Shown here piece after piece: positions 9,432 through 18,878 of a stretch of 64,000 nucleotides of DNA; within the stretch, counting starts at the first letter, position 1, and each line of letters opens with the position of its first letter. Source of the stretch: Candidatus Latescibacterota bacterium (GTDB lineage Bacteria > Latescibacterota > UBA2968 > GCA-2709665); NCBI GenBank assembly GCA_965219995.1, contig CBDCOX010000002.1, forward strand, positions 2,016,001 through 2,080,000, given 5' to 3'. Below the pieces are notes generated by a model. The model saw nothing but the letters and a program-made list of their open reading frames with translations, searched no databases and was not told where the DNA came from. A program made the translations under genes and the position numbers.

Positions 9432-12400
9432 ATGGCCCGGTGGCCCCTTCTATTCGGCATCTTCCTGTTCACGTGCGGCAGTGCTGTGGGCCAGGAGTAT
9501 TTCGGCAAGAACAAGGTGACGTATGACGATTACGACTGGCACTATCTGGAGACGGAGCATTTCAAGATCTATTTCGACAAGGCGTCTCAGCCTGCGGCGG
9601 AGTTTGCGGCGAAGGAGGCGGAGCGTGCGCTGGTGCGTCTGGAGAAGGATCTGAAGTATACGTTGAAGGATCGATATCCGATTGTGATCTACAATTCTCA
9701 CAACGGGTTTTCGGTGACGAACATCACGCCGACGGAGCAGTCGGAGTTCACGGGGGGTTTTACGGAGTTTGCACAGGGTCGTGTGGTGATCCCGTATACG
9801 GGGTCGTATAGCGATTTCCGTCACGTGATCCACCATGAGCTGGTGCACGTGGTGACGCTGGAGATGTGGACGGGCGGCGGTTGGCTGGGTGCGATGATGA
9901 CGCAGACGGCGTCGTTGCCGCCGTTGTGGATTGCGGAGGGAGTGGCGGAGTATTTGTCACAGGGTGGATGGGACGGCGAGGCGGACAATTTCATGCGTCA
10001 TGCGACGATCACGGGGTATGTGCCGGGGATGATGTCGCTGAGCGGTGCGTTTGCGTATAAGGGGGGTCAGTCGGTCTTCGTGATGATCGAGGAGGAGTAT
10101 GGCAAGGACAAGGTGGCGGAGTTCATATCGTCGTTCCGTTCCGCGCGATCGGTGGACAAGGCGCTGAAGGCGTCGGTGGGTGAGGGTGTGGAGGAGCTGG
10201 ACGAGAAGTGGCAGTTGTGGTTGAAGCGTCAGTATTGGAACGAGATCAACCTGCACCATCCGTCGGAGGAGGTGGCGAAGCAGTTGACGGAGGCGGGCGC
10301 GGGTCGCGGTTTTTACAATATCGCGCCGTCGTTTTCGCCGCAGGGGGACAAGATCGCGTATGTGACGGAGCGTGAGGGTACGTTCGACATCTATCTGATG
10401 TCGGCGATCGACGGACAGGATCTGGGCCGGTTGGTGGAGGGGGAGCGATCGTCGGATTTCGAGGGGTTGTTCGTGCTGCGGCCCGGGATCACGTGGTCGC
10501 CGGACGGGAAGCAGATCGCGTTTGCGGCGAAGTCGCGCAACAAGAACACGTTGTATACGCTGGACGTGCGGAAGAAGCGGGTGACGAAGCGATTCGAGTT
10601 CGATCTGGACGGGTTGTTCGAGCCGACGTGGTCGCCGGACGGGAAGCAGATCGCGATCGTGGGGTTGAAGGACGGGTGGTCGGACGTGTATATCGTAAAC
10701 GTGGAGGACGAGGGTCTGCGTCGGATGACGCGGGACCCGTATGACGAGAAGCACCTGGACTGGTCGCCGGACGGGGAGTGGATCGCGATCAGTTCGGACC
10801 GTCCCGGCGCGGATCTGGAATACGACGGGTCGAAGGACTTTGTGTTCGGCACGTATAACGTGTTCGTGCTGCGTGCCGACGGCAGCGAGATCCGGCAGGT
10901 GGTGGAGAGCGAGGTGAACGACAGTCATCCCACGTGGGGACCGGACTCCCAGACGCTGGCGTTCGTGTCGGACAGGACGGGGGTGGGCAACATCTACATT
11001 GCGCACGTGGACGGGTCGCAGATGTATCCGATCAGCAATCTGCTGTCGGGAGCGCGGTATATCGACTGGAGCGCGGACGGCAAGAAGCTGGCGTTCACGA
11101 CGTTTCACCGCGGGGGCTATGACATCTTCGTGATGAAGGACCCGCGGCAGAAGAAGCGCGGGATGGAGGACCTGCCGCTGACGCGGTATGCGAAGCGGCT
11201 GGCGGGCATCGAAGACCGCCCGTTCGTGGAGTTGCAGAAGGAACGCAGGCAGGAAGCCGCACACGGCGGCGCGGAACCCGACAGTTCGGTGGCGGCCGCA
11301 GACGCTGACACGGCGGTGGCGACAGCGGCGGCGGACAGGAAGGTGGAGACGTGGATGTCGGACCAGATGGCGCTGGCGGCCGCCGAAGCGCGCGGAGACG
11401 ACGACGGGGCGGCTGCCGACGGCGACAGCCTGGAGACCGACGGCGACAGGGAACTGACGCTGCGAGACTGGAACAAGGCGTTCACGATCAACAAATACCG
11501 CGTGAAACTCAAACCCGAATTCTTCGGGGCCAACGCGGGCTTCGACACCTTCTACGGTGTCAGCAGCCTGCTTCAGTTGTCGCTGACCGACGTGATGGGC
11601 GATCACCGCGTCGTCATTCAGACCGGGTTGAGCTTCTCCCTCAAAGACAGCGATCTCTTCCTCGGATACCAGAACCTCAAGAACCAGACCAACTACTACC
11701 TCAGCGCCATCCACACGCGCCTGTTCTTCTTCGACAGCGGTCAGTTGAACGCGGATCGCTATATCGGGGCCGAAGCCAGCCTGGTTCGGCCGTTCAGCCG
11801 ATTCAGCAGGATGGAACTGGGCACGCGCGGCATCAGGATTTCCCGTGAACGCCTGGAACGGGAACGCTATGACAATCGCTGGGTACGGCGCGGCTTCACC
11901 GGCAGCAGCCTGCGCGGGCTTTCGGGCACCGAAGTCGATTCACGGGGAGCCGTGGTTTCCTACCTGGCCCTCGTCGACGACAACTCGCTGATGGGCGGTT
12001 TCGGCGCCGTGGACGGTCACCGGATGCGCTTTGGCGTTGAGGGAAGCTGGGCGGGAATGCGCTTTGCGGCGTTGAACGCGGATCTGCGACAGTATCTGTT
12101 CACGCTTGGCGAATACACCTTCGCCCTGCGTCTGTCCGGAGGCACCAGCTTCGGCCCGAACAAGAGGATCTATTTCGTGGGGGGCGTCAACAACCCCGTG
12201 AACCCCAATTTCTCCACGTTTGCCAACGTGGACCAGGACCGGATATTCTTCTCCAGTTTCGTCTGGCCGCTTCGGGGCGTGGAATTGTTCGAGCTGGCGG
12301 GCGACTCATACGTACTGGCCAATGCGGCGTTCCGCTTCCCGCTCATCCGGGAACTGGCCATGGGCTGGCCCCTGCCGCTCTTCTTCCAGCACGTTCAGGG

Positions 12401-12683
12401 TGAATTGTTCATGGATATCGGCGGCGCCTTCGAACGGGCCAGATGGAGAGACGGCTGGATCGCCCGCGACGGCGGCTTCGAACTCAACGTGCCGCAGCAC
12501 TTCCGCGACGGAAGGTCCAAACACGGATTCGAGAAACCGCAGATGGCCGCGGGCTACGGATTCGGCGTACGGGTGAATCTGGGCTATTTCCTTTTCCGGT
12601 ACGATCTTGCCTGGCCCACCGACTTTGCGCAGACCTACCATCCTCACCAGTATTTCTCAATTGACCTGACGGGGCATTTCTAA
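9432..12683 (+). CDS. Peptidase MA-like (HEXXH) + PD40/TolB beta-propeller + BamA/TamA-type beta-barrel outer-membrane protein
   Basis: 1083 aa; signal peptide; FGKNKV; HHELVH and W..EG.AEY; repeated WSPDGK (PD40); PLRG motif; GYGFGVRVNLG...RYDLAWP; terminal Phe. Confidence 0.92.
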   Translation: MARWPLLFGIFLFTCGSAVGQEYFGKNKVTYDDYDWHYLETEHFKIYFDKASQPAAEFAAKEAERALVRLEKDLKYTLKDRYPIVIYNSHNGFSVTNITPTEQSEFTGGFTEFAQGRVVIPYTGSYSDFRHVIHHELVHVVTLEMWTGGGWLGAMMTQTASLPPLWIAEGVAEYLSQGGWDGEADNFMRHATITGYVPGMMSLSGAFAYKGGQSVFVMIEEEYGKDKVAEFISSFRSARSVDKALKASVGEGVEELDEKWQLWLKRQYWNEINLHHPSEEVAKQLTEAGAGRGFYNIAPSFSPQGDKIAYVTEREGTFDIYLMSAIDGQDLGRLVEGERSSDFEGLFVLRPGITWSPDGKQIAFAAKSRNKNTLYTLDVRKKRVTKRFEFDLDGLFEPTWSPDGKQIAIVGLKDGWSDVYIVNVEDEGLRRMTRDPYDEKHLDWSPDGEWIAISSDRPGADLEYDGSKDFVFGTYNVFVLRADGSEIRQVVESEVNDSHPTWGPDSQTLAFVSDRTGVGNIYIAHVDGSQMYPISNLLSGARYIDWSADGKKLAFTTFHRGGYDIFVMKDPRQKKRGMEDLPLTRYAKRLAGIEDRPFVELQKERRQEAAHGGAEPDSSVAAADADTAVATAAADRKVETWMSDQMALAAAEARGDDDGAAADGDSLETDGDRELTLRDWNKAFTINKYRVKLKPEFFGANAGFDTFYGVSSLLQLSLTDVMGDHRVVIQTGLSFSLKDSDLFLGYQNLKNQTNYYLSAIHTRLFFFDSGQLNADRYIGAEASLVRPFSRFSRMELGTRGIRISRERLERERYDNRWVRRGFTGSSLRGLSGTEVDSRGAVVSYLALVDDNSLMGGFGAVDGHRMRFGVEGSWAGMRFAALNADLRQYLFTLGEYTFALRLSGGTSFGPNKRIYFVGGVNNPVNPNFSTFANVDQDRIFFSSFVWPLRGVELFELAGDSYVLANAAFRFPLIRELAMGWPLPLFFQHVQGELFMDIGGAFERARWRDGWIARDGGFELNVPQHFRDGRSKHGFEKPQMAAGYGFGVRVNLGYFLFRYDLAWPTDFAQTYHPHQYFSIDLTGHF

Positions 12684-12710
12684 ACCTGTTCATTCATGAA
12701 AACGGAACAA

Positions 12711-12965
12711 ACATGGATGGACAGGATTGACAGGATGAAAACCAAAAAGCGCGACAAAGGCACGATAAAACCAACATCAGAAACTACGAGACACGCGAAA
12801 AAACGAAAAATGCGTGACTGACCCCATTAACCTAAATTCGAAAAAAGACAACCGCTGAATTGGCCACAAAAAGCACAAAGGGCACAAAAGGGTTCGGCGC
12901 CAAACGGCATGTGTCGTAACGCCTTGACCTTGCAGGTCATTCCTTTGAAGACCGAGCCGGATCGT
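12711..12965 (+). repeat. Compound intergenic cassette, modules A + B1 + C
   Basis: 12711-12830 aligns with 15408-15530. 12831-12965 (GGCCACAAAAAGCACAAAGGGCACAAAA...TAACGCCTTGACCTTGCAGGTCATTCCT) aligns with 61428-61556. Confidence 0.85.
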
Positions 12966-13006
12966 ATGGTGGCGTCTGAATACAGTGTTGCGGGAGAAGA
13001 TGCAGA

Positions 13007-13315
13007 ATGGCGGCGAAGGTCCACTATCGGGAAGGATTGAAACTGATTTCAGCCGGCGACCTGCATGGTGCTCTTGAGATGTTTCACAGGTCGCTTGAGG
13101 AAGACCCGGACTTCTACCTGGGTCACCTCGGTCTGGCGCAGGTACTGGACCGGCAGGGCAAAGTCGATGATGCGATTCTGCACGCGCGGGAAGCGATTCG
13201 AATCGCGCCGGAGGAACCGCTTGCCCACACGAGTCTTTCCAGGCTGTACCAGCAAAAGGGCCTTATCGACGAAGCCGAGGCGGCGATGGAGACCTCCCGG
13301 CGGCTGCAGTCCTGA
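13007..13315 (+). CDS. Small tetratricopeptide-repeat protein
   Basis: 102 aa with TPR patterns (ALEMFHRSLEEDP, AIRIAPEEPLAHTSLSRLY); GGGAG RBS. Confidence 0.88.
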   Translation: MAAKVHYREGLKLISAGDLHGALEMFHRSLEEDPDFYLGHLGLAQVLDRQGKVDDAILHAREAIRIAPEEPLAHTSLSRLYQQKGLIDEAEAAMETSRRLQS

Positions 13316-13412
13316 TCGAGGCGGGAAGCCGGCGACTCGACGCCTGCCTGCCGCGACGCACGCGGCGCAGGCGGGGCCGAATTCAGGCAACGTATTTCCG
13401 ATTCGGAACACA

Positions 13413-13445
13413 AACCGGGTGCGGGCGCAGGGTCCGCGCCCGGTT
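13413..13445. terminator. Hairpin between convergent genes
   Basis: AACCGGGTGCGG ... CCGCGCCCGGTT inverted repeat. Confidence 0.5.
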
Positions 13446-14478
13446 AATTATTCCCTTTGAGACCGGTAGAATCAGCGGAGCTCAACCGGCGGGAAACCAG
13501 GAGGCGCATCAAACCGGGGCCGCCTGCAACCAGATAGGTCGCGAAAGCGAGGCCATGCATCGTGGTCGCGTAGGCGAGGGCATCCGTAAGCGGCACGTCG
13601 TATACCGCGTTGAGCGTCTGACTGCAGAAATAATGGTAGGTGCCGGTTCCGCCGGGGGTCGGGATGATTACGCCGATGGTCGAGATGACCAGGACGACGA
13701 CGGCGTCGTAAACGCCGAGGTCGTACCGGGAGGGGAAACCGAATGCGAAGAAGGTGACATACGACGTCAGGATATATGCCAGATTGAGAAAGATGCTGTA
13801 CACGAGGATGCCGACGTAGCCCGAGGCTGCATGAACACCGCCCAGTCCCTGAAACAACGATCGGAGAATCCCGATCAGCCGGTCCGCGAACGACGGGGAG
13901 ACCCATCGGACGGGGCGACGCATTACGTTCAGTGCTCGGTCACCGTAGACAGACAGAAGCGCGAAGAGCACGAGAATGCCTACCGTGGACGCCAGTGCGA
14001 GGAGCGCGACCCCCTCCATCCATGGGAAGGCTGAAACGACTTTGTTTCTGGAAAAATAGAGTACGCCACCCATGAATATGAGGAGGGCAAGCATGTCGAT
14101 TGCCCGTTCCACGAGGATGGTGGCGAGAATACCGCTCAGCGGCAGGCGCTCATCCTTCTTCAGCGCGACCCCCCGCGCGATCTCCCCGGCACGGGAAATG
14201 ACGTTGGTGGCCGCGTAACCCACAAGGATGGCATGGCTGGCTCTTTGGAAGGAAATCCTGCGGCTGACGGGCTTCAACAGGATCTGCCAGCGCCAGGCGC
14301 GAGGCGGAATGGAAAGGACGAGGAGAAAAACACTCAACGCCAGCCAGGAAACCCTCGCCTGGCTCAAGGCAGACCACAGGCCCGCCGGGTCGACGCCCTG
14401 AAAGGCCAACCACAGAAACCCCGCGGCAAGCGCCACGCCAATGGCGAACTTGATCAGTGTTCTTATCGTCCGAGGCAC
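13444..14478 (-). CDS. Lysylphosphatidylglycerol synthase TM / flippase-like protein (UPF0104)
   Basis: Polytopic; RAWRWQILL, RAGEIAR, ERAID and PTPGGTGTYH motifs. Confidence 0.9.
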   Translation of the reverse strand: MPRTIRTLIKFAIGVALAAGFLWLAFQGVDPAGLWSALSQARVSWLALSVFLLVLSIPPRAWRWQILLKPVSRRISFQRASHAILVGYAATNVISRAGEIARGVALKKDERLPLSGILATILVERAIDMLALLIFMGGVLYFSRNKVVSAFPWMEGVALLALASTVGILVLFALLSVYGDRALNVMRRPVRWVSPSFADRLIGILRSLFQGLGGVHAASGYVGILVYSIFLNLAYILTSYVTFFAFGFPSRYDLGVYDAVVVLVISTIGVIIPTPGGTGTYHYFCSQTLNAVYDVPLTDALAYATTMHGLAFATYLVAGGPGLMRLLVSRRLSSADSTGLKGNN

Positions 14479-14492
14479 AAGGGCTCTCGTTG

Positions 14493-15386
14493 TCAGTATC
14501 CGAATCTGCGCAGGACCAGTTCCTTTTTCCGCCAGTTCCGGTGAACTCTCACGCGAAGGTCCAGATAGATCGGTGCGTTCAGAAACGCCTCTATCTTGCC
14601 TCGTGCGTTCTTGCCGATGGATTTGAGCGTTTTTCCATTTGCGCCGATGACTATACCCTTCTGGGACTCTCGTTCAACGACGATGCTGGCGCAGATAAAG
14701 GTACGGGGACCGCCCTCGCGAAATGTCTCTACATTGACCGCCGCGGCGTAGGGCAATTCCTGCCGGAGTTGCAGAAAAATCTCCTCCCGGATGAGTTCGG
14801 CAACGAAGAATCGCTCGGGGTGCTCGGTGAGCATGTCTTCCGGGAAATATTCGGGTCCTGCCGGCAGCGCCTGCTCGAGACTGGCATTGAGCCGTTCGAC
14901 ATTGTACCCGGTCCGGGCGGAAACCGGCAGGATTTCCTGAACCGCGGCTTCTTTCCCGACGATGTCGACGCACTGTTGCGCCCGGACGGTGGAAACCAGG
15001 TCGGATTTGTTCACCGCGACGATGCGCGGGCTCCGCACCCTGCGCAGGATGTCACGAACCTCCCCGTCGAAAGTGGCACTGAAGTTGGAAGCGTCGATCA
15101 CACAGAGAAATACATCCGCGTCGCTAATCGAACGCCTTATTTGTTCGCTCATTCGTTCGTGAAGGCCGCGGCCGGGCCGGAGCAGTCCCGGCGTATCCAG
15201 AAAGATCATCTGAGAGGTACGTGAGGTAAGGATGCCCAAAATCCGATGGCGCGTGGTCTGAGGTTTTTCGGTCACAATGGACAGGCGTTCGCCTACGAGC
15301 AGGTTGAACAGCGTGGATTTGCCCACGTTGGGCTTGCCGGAGATGACGATGTATCCGGATTTGAAATCGGACGTGATGCGCATCAC
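14493..15386 (-). CDS. era: GTPase Era
   Basis: GKPNVGKS, KPQTTR, DTPG, NKSD, ELPY and KH-domain GIVIGANG. Confidence 0.97.
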   Translation of the reverse strand: MMRITSDFKSGYIVISGKPNVGKSTLFNLLVGERLSIVTEKPQTTRHRILGILTSRTSQMIFLDTPGLLRPGRGLHERMSEQIRRSISDADVFLCVIDASNFSATFDGEVRDILRRVRSPRIVAVNKSDLVSTVRAQQCVDIVGKEAAVQEILPVSARTGYNVERLNASLEQALPAGPEYFPEDMLTEHPERFFVAELIREEIFLQLRQELPYAAAVNVETFREGGPRTFICASIVVERESQKGIVIGANGKTLKSIGKNARGKIEAFLNAPIYLDLRVRVHRNWRKKELVLRRFGY

Positions 15387-15407
15387 CCCTCTACGTAAAA
15401 AAAACTC

Positions 15408-15910
15408 ACATGGATGGACAGGATGAACAGGATAAAGACCGAAAAGCGCGACAAAGGCACGAGAAAACGAACATCAGAAACTACGAAACACGCGAAAAAA
15501 ACGAAACATCCGTGATTGATCCCATTAACTCAAAACACCAGAACTTACATGGATGAACAGGATGAAAACCAAGAAGCGCGAGAAGACGATTAACAGCGGT
15601 GAGTCGATTCTCCATGGACCGCGCGTCGTCACTCCGTCCACACTGAAACCCAAATGTCAACTTGCCAAACCGATTCCGGACGCTTCAAGGTTTTCGATAT
15701 ATTCTCCGCTAATGTTGTTGAAAATCAACCGATTATGCAACTAACCCACCGGTTTTCATGGACATTTGAGGATTTGGTTTTTTCCGAATTTTGCTTTTCA
15801 TCCTGCCTATCCTGTGTATCCATGTTTGGCGTCGTTTGCAGCCATACGGCGAAGGTCACCAACTGCAATTGACAGGACGGACAGGATGAAAACCGAAAAG
15901 CGCGAGAAAT
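15408..15910. repeat. Stack of four module-A cassette copies between era and the PorV-like gene
   Basis: Plus copies start at 15408 (A+B1), 15547 (A+B2) and 15871 (truncated A). An inverted copy at 15795-15825 (rc ACATGGATACACAGGATAGGCAGGATGAAAA) closes a 280-bp element with the 15547 copy. IHF consensus AATCAACCGATTA at 15723-15735. Confidence 0.85.
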
Positions 15911-15937
15911 CGGAGCGTCTTCGTCAATGATTCAGTT

Positions 15938-16885
15938 TCAGAAATACAATGAACCCGAGATGCGGTAGGTATTGTCCAATTCGCCGTGCTCGAGAAAGGC
16001 GAGGTCGAAAGCAACCCGCCCACGAAGCCGGACGCCCGCGCCCGCGGTAAAGTGACTTCCCCTTGCGCCAAGGCGGAAAGCCAGCTTGTTCCGGTACAGG
16101 TATTCCACGCCAATCCGCACACCCTGGAAACTGTCTGCCTCGGATTCATCCTCACCGATGTTCAAACTCCCGCTGCAGGTGATCCGTCCGTCAATCGCCG
16201 GGACCGACCGGGCGAGCGCCAGGCCGATGACAAGAACCGTGGGAACCCGGTCCGTAGAGCCCGTGTCGAAGGTGATCTTCATGGGGATGAGATTGCGAAT
16301 CTTCATGCCGGCCGTCAGGCCGGGCCGCGGCACATACAGCATCCCGAAATCAAACCCGAAACCCGATCCCGTACCGGTGCCCAGCCTTCGGGACACAAGC
16401 TTCACGCCAGTGCCGGCGAACAGATTCGGCCTCAGGCCTCGGCCGAAGCCAAGGTGAAGGTGGTATTCGGTTGTACCGACGACACGAGTGACGACGGGTC
16501 TGTTGTCCGGACCCGGCGAAAGTGCGGGGTCCTCAAGGGTCGTGAGCTTGACGTTGTCGACACCGAGGCGTGTCAGACCGATGCCGAAGCCGCCGTGCGG
16601 AGACGGGCCGCACACCGTGAAGACGTCATGTTTGACCGTGCCGCCAAACTGTTCGGCATGCTGGATCTGCAATTCTCTCTGCCGGAGTCTGTGAAGGCCC
16701 GCCGGATTCCAGTAAATGGCGGTTGCATCGTCACTGACGGCCACAAACGCGCTTCCCATCCCAAGCGGTCTCGCGCCCGTGCCCAGCAGCAGAGGGTCTT
16801 CCGAGTATCGCGTTTCGTTCTGCGCGGAAACGGGTGCGGGCCTCGACAGAGCCAGCATCAGTGTCATGAGGAGAAACGGCTTCAC
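15938..16885 (-). CDS. PorV/PorQ-family (UPF0164) outer-membrane beta-barrel
   Basis: Signal peptide; GARPLGMGSAFVAVSDDATAIYWNPAGL signature; GVEY..RLG; terminal Phe. Confidence 0.9.
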   Translation of the reverse strand: MKPFLLMTLMLALSRPAPVSAQNETRYSEDPLLLGTGARPLGMGSAFVAVSDDATAIYWNPAGLHRLRQRELQIQHAEQFGGTVKHDVFTVCGPSPHGGFGIGLTRLGVDNVKLTTLEDPALSPGPDNRPVVTRVVGTTEYHLHLGFGRGLRPNLFAGTGVKLVSRRLGTGTGSGFGFDFGMLYVPRPGLTAGMKIRNLIPMKITFDTGSTDRVPTVLVIGLALARSVPAIDGRITCSGSLNIGEDESEADSFQGVRIGVEYLYRNKLAFRLGARGSHFTAGAGVRLRGRVAFDLAFLEHGELDNTYRISGSLYF

Positions 16886-17469
16886 GGCGAGGGCTCCCGG
16901 GGCGTGGTTTCGGCGACGGGAACGAGTATGGCGGTGCCTCCCGGCTGAAGTGCGGATCCCAGGGCTTTGATGTGCGATGAATCGAGGACGATGACGCCGG
17001 ACTTTGCAGGATGGGGAAATTCGGCAGGCTGAATAAGCAGGGAAGGAGAAAAATAGAGCCTGGAACGAGCCCGGGGACCCTCGATCAGCCGGCCGCTGAA
17101 GTCGAGCGGTAAACGGCGGCCACGAAGCCTGAGTCCGGAATTCCCGGGTTCGACGCTTACCGGATCGAGCCGGGCGATCATCCGGAGTCGGGAAGACGAT
17201 CGGGGCAATGCTCCTGTAAGTCGATATTCCTTAATGGCGCAGGCCCTGAGGATGTGGGCGCCGGCTTTCAGATAGACTTTGCGGGACGGAAGATCGATGA
17301 CGAGATAATAGGCGCTCGGGTTCTTTCGCGCGAACTCAAGCTCAAGTTCCAGGGCCTGTTTTCTGTGCCGGAGCGCCTGCTCGAGTGAGTCGGGCACGCT
17401 CTCGCCGTCTGTCGCCGCGGCCGGTATGGATACGGCGAAATGGGTGGCAATGAGAACAGAGAGGATCAA
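16882..17469 (-). CDS. Secreted protein with YkuD-like N-terminal strands but no catalytic motif
   Basis: Probable TTG start overlapping the upstream TGA, giving MILSVLIATHFAVSIPAAA (signal). YYLVIDLPSRKVYLKAG resembles the YkuD first strand; SGVIVL stands where HGCIRL would be. Its TGA overlaps the PorV ATG. Confidence 0.65.
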   Translation of the reverse strand: MILSVLIATHFAVSIPAAATDGESVPDSLEQALRHRKQALELELEFARKNPSAYYLVIDLPSRKVYLKAGAHILRACAIKEYRLTGALPRSSSRLRMIARLDPVSVEPGNSGLRLRGRRLPLDFSGRLIEGPRARSRLYFSPSLLIQPAEFPHPAKSGVIVLDSSHIKALGSALQPGGTAILVPVAETTPREPSP

Positions 17470-18089
17470 TAGATGTAGACACGGCTTCCCTTTTGCGCCC
17501 GGACGAACGTGGCTTCGAGGTCCCCGTCGTTCAGACGGATGCACCCGTGCGTGATGTTTCGTCCTATGAGGTTCGGATAGAGGTTGCCGTGAATCTCGTA
17601 CCCGTCGCCCAACTCGAGGGCAAATTTGCCAAGTGTGACCGGATCCAGACGCTCGAAATCCCATGGCAGTACCGGAGCCGTCCGACCTGCCTCCACAAAG
17701 GCCCATTCCGGTTTCTTCCATATTGGATTCACCACTTTTCGCCGGACTTCGAATCGCCCTTTCGGTGTGTCGAACCGCCAGGATTTCCGATTGTCGCTCA
17801 ACAGAATCTTGCCGCTGCCGCTTGCACAGACCGCTTCATCCAGGAGACGGTTTCGGCGCCAGACCTGCAGCCGATTGTGTACCGTGTCGATGACAAACCG
17901 CGGTTTTTCATCCAGCATACCGTCCAGGGCGGCCTCCAGCCTTTCTATTTCCACGGCAAGACGCTTTGCCGTGGAGGAGGTGGACGCGCCCGGCTGCCCG
18001 GAACCCTGGCTGCGCACGTCCGGCGTGCTATTTCGGCAGGCGGCGACGAAGACCAGAGGCAGGAGCAGAAAAACAGGAAACCGGCGCAT
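17466..18089 (-). CDS. L,D-transpeptidase (YkuD family) lipoprotein
   Basis: Start ATG 18089 gives lipobox VAAC; TPKGRF, W..PEW and IHG..IGRNITHGCIRL. Confidence 0.92.
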   Translation of the reverse strand: MRRFPVFLLLPLVFVAACRNSTPDVRSQGSGQPGASTSSTAKRLAVEIERLEAALDGMLDEKPRFVIDTVHNRLQVWRRNRLLDEAVCASGSGKILLSDNRKSWRFDTPKGRFEVRRKVVNPIWKKPEWAFVEAGRTAPVLPWDFERLDPVTLGKFALELGDGYEIHGNLYPNLIGRNITHGCIRLNDGDLEATFVRAQKGSRVYIY

Positions 18090-18176
18090 TCCTACAGTCC
18101 CTAAAACCGGAAAACCGAGAAGAGTGCGCACTTCTCGGTTTTCCATTGTCAAACAACTATTGAACATTGCGATGGA

Positions 18177-18779
18177 CTAACGCAGGTACCAGGCTTTGTT
18201 CTCCTCTTTCCAATCTTCGATTTTCTGCATTGCGGTACTGACCGCGTCCTGTACCCCACCCAACTTGCTCTCTCCGGCCTGTGCCTGGGCAAGGGCATCC
18301 TTGAACATGCCGTTTTCCAGGCTGCCCTTTGCGCTGTTCAACGACGCTTCGGCCTCGCCAAGATCCGCATCGAGCTGGTCCAGGTCTTCGTCTGCACCCT
18401 TGCCGCGGGGCGCCGCGTTCAGCGCTTCCCGGGCATCCGCCAGGCCGGAAGAGGCCGAATCGATGATCGCCTGAGCGTCGTCGCGGGTCTTGGCCTTGTT
18501 GGTTTCCGCCTGAGTCACGGACTGGTTCGCGCGTTCCTCCGCCTCGATGGCGGCGGCTCTGGCCTCCGTGTATTCGCCCTGTTCAACTTTGTCTTTGGCA
18601 TCTTTCAGGGTATTCGTTGCCGAACGGAAAATCTCCTCGGCATAGACGTCGGCCTCGGCGGCCTTGGCTTTACTGAGGGCGCCTTCGGCGGCCTTGATTT
18701 CCTCCTCGGGAGGTTGTTCGCAGGCCACAAAGGCGGCGGCAAAACAGACAACAAGACCGATTCTCAGGACAGATCGCAT
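18177..18779 (-). CDS. Helical Ala-rich lipoprotein, DUF4398-like
   Basis: Lipobox FVAC; PPEEEIKAAEGALSKAKAAEADVYA pattern; AGGAGG RBS. Confidence 0.85.
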   Translation of the reverse strand: MRSVLRIGLVVCFAAAFVACEQPPEEEIKAAEGALSKAKAAEADVYAEEIFRSATNTLKDAKDKVEQGEYTEARAAAIEAEERANQSVTQAETNKAKTRDDAQAIIDSASSGLADAREALNAAPRGKGADEDLDQLDADLGEAEASLNSAKGSLENGMFKDALAQAQAGESKLGGVQDAVSTAMQKIEDWKEENKAWYLR

Positions 18780-18878
18780 CTCCCCTCCTTGGTTGATAAG
18801 ACGTCGAATGATGGCAACAAGTCTAACAGAAATAACTATTTCCGAAACAAATCACAGTGAATGCACCGATACAGGAAG

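Noticed and set aside
10491-10790. Exact 30-bp direct repeat (10491-10520 and 10626-10655) plus a degenerate third copy
   Set aside because: Encodes PD40 TWSPDGKQIA repeats; spacing and context exclude CRISPR.
9957-11714. 585-aa minus-strand ORF (similar cases at 23294-25189, 27081-28583, 37545-38990 and 59051-60658)
   Set aside because: Fully antisense to well-supported genes; expected from codon bias.
15408-15910. Possible CRISPR array
   Set aside because: Repeats are degenerate, irregularly spaced and in mixed orientation; the intervening DNA is itself repeated; no cas genes.
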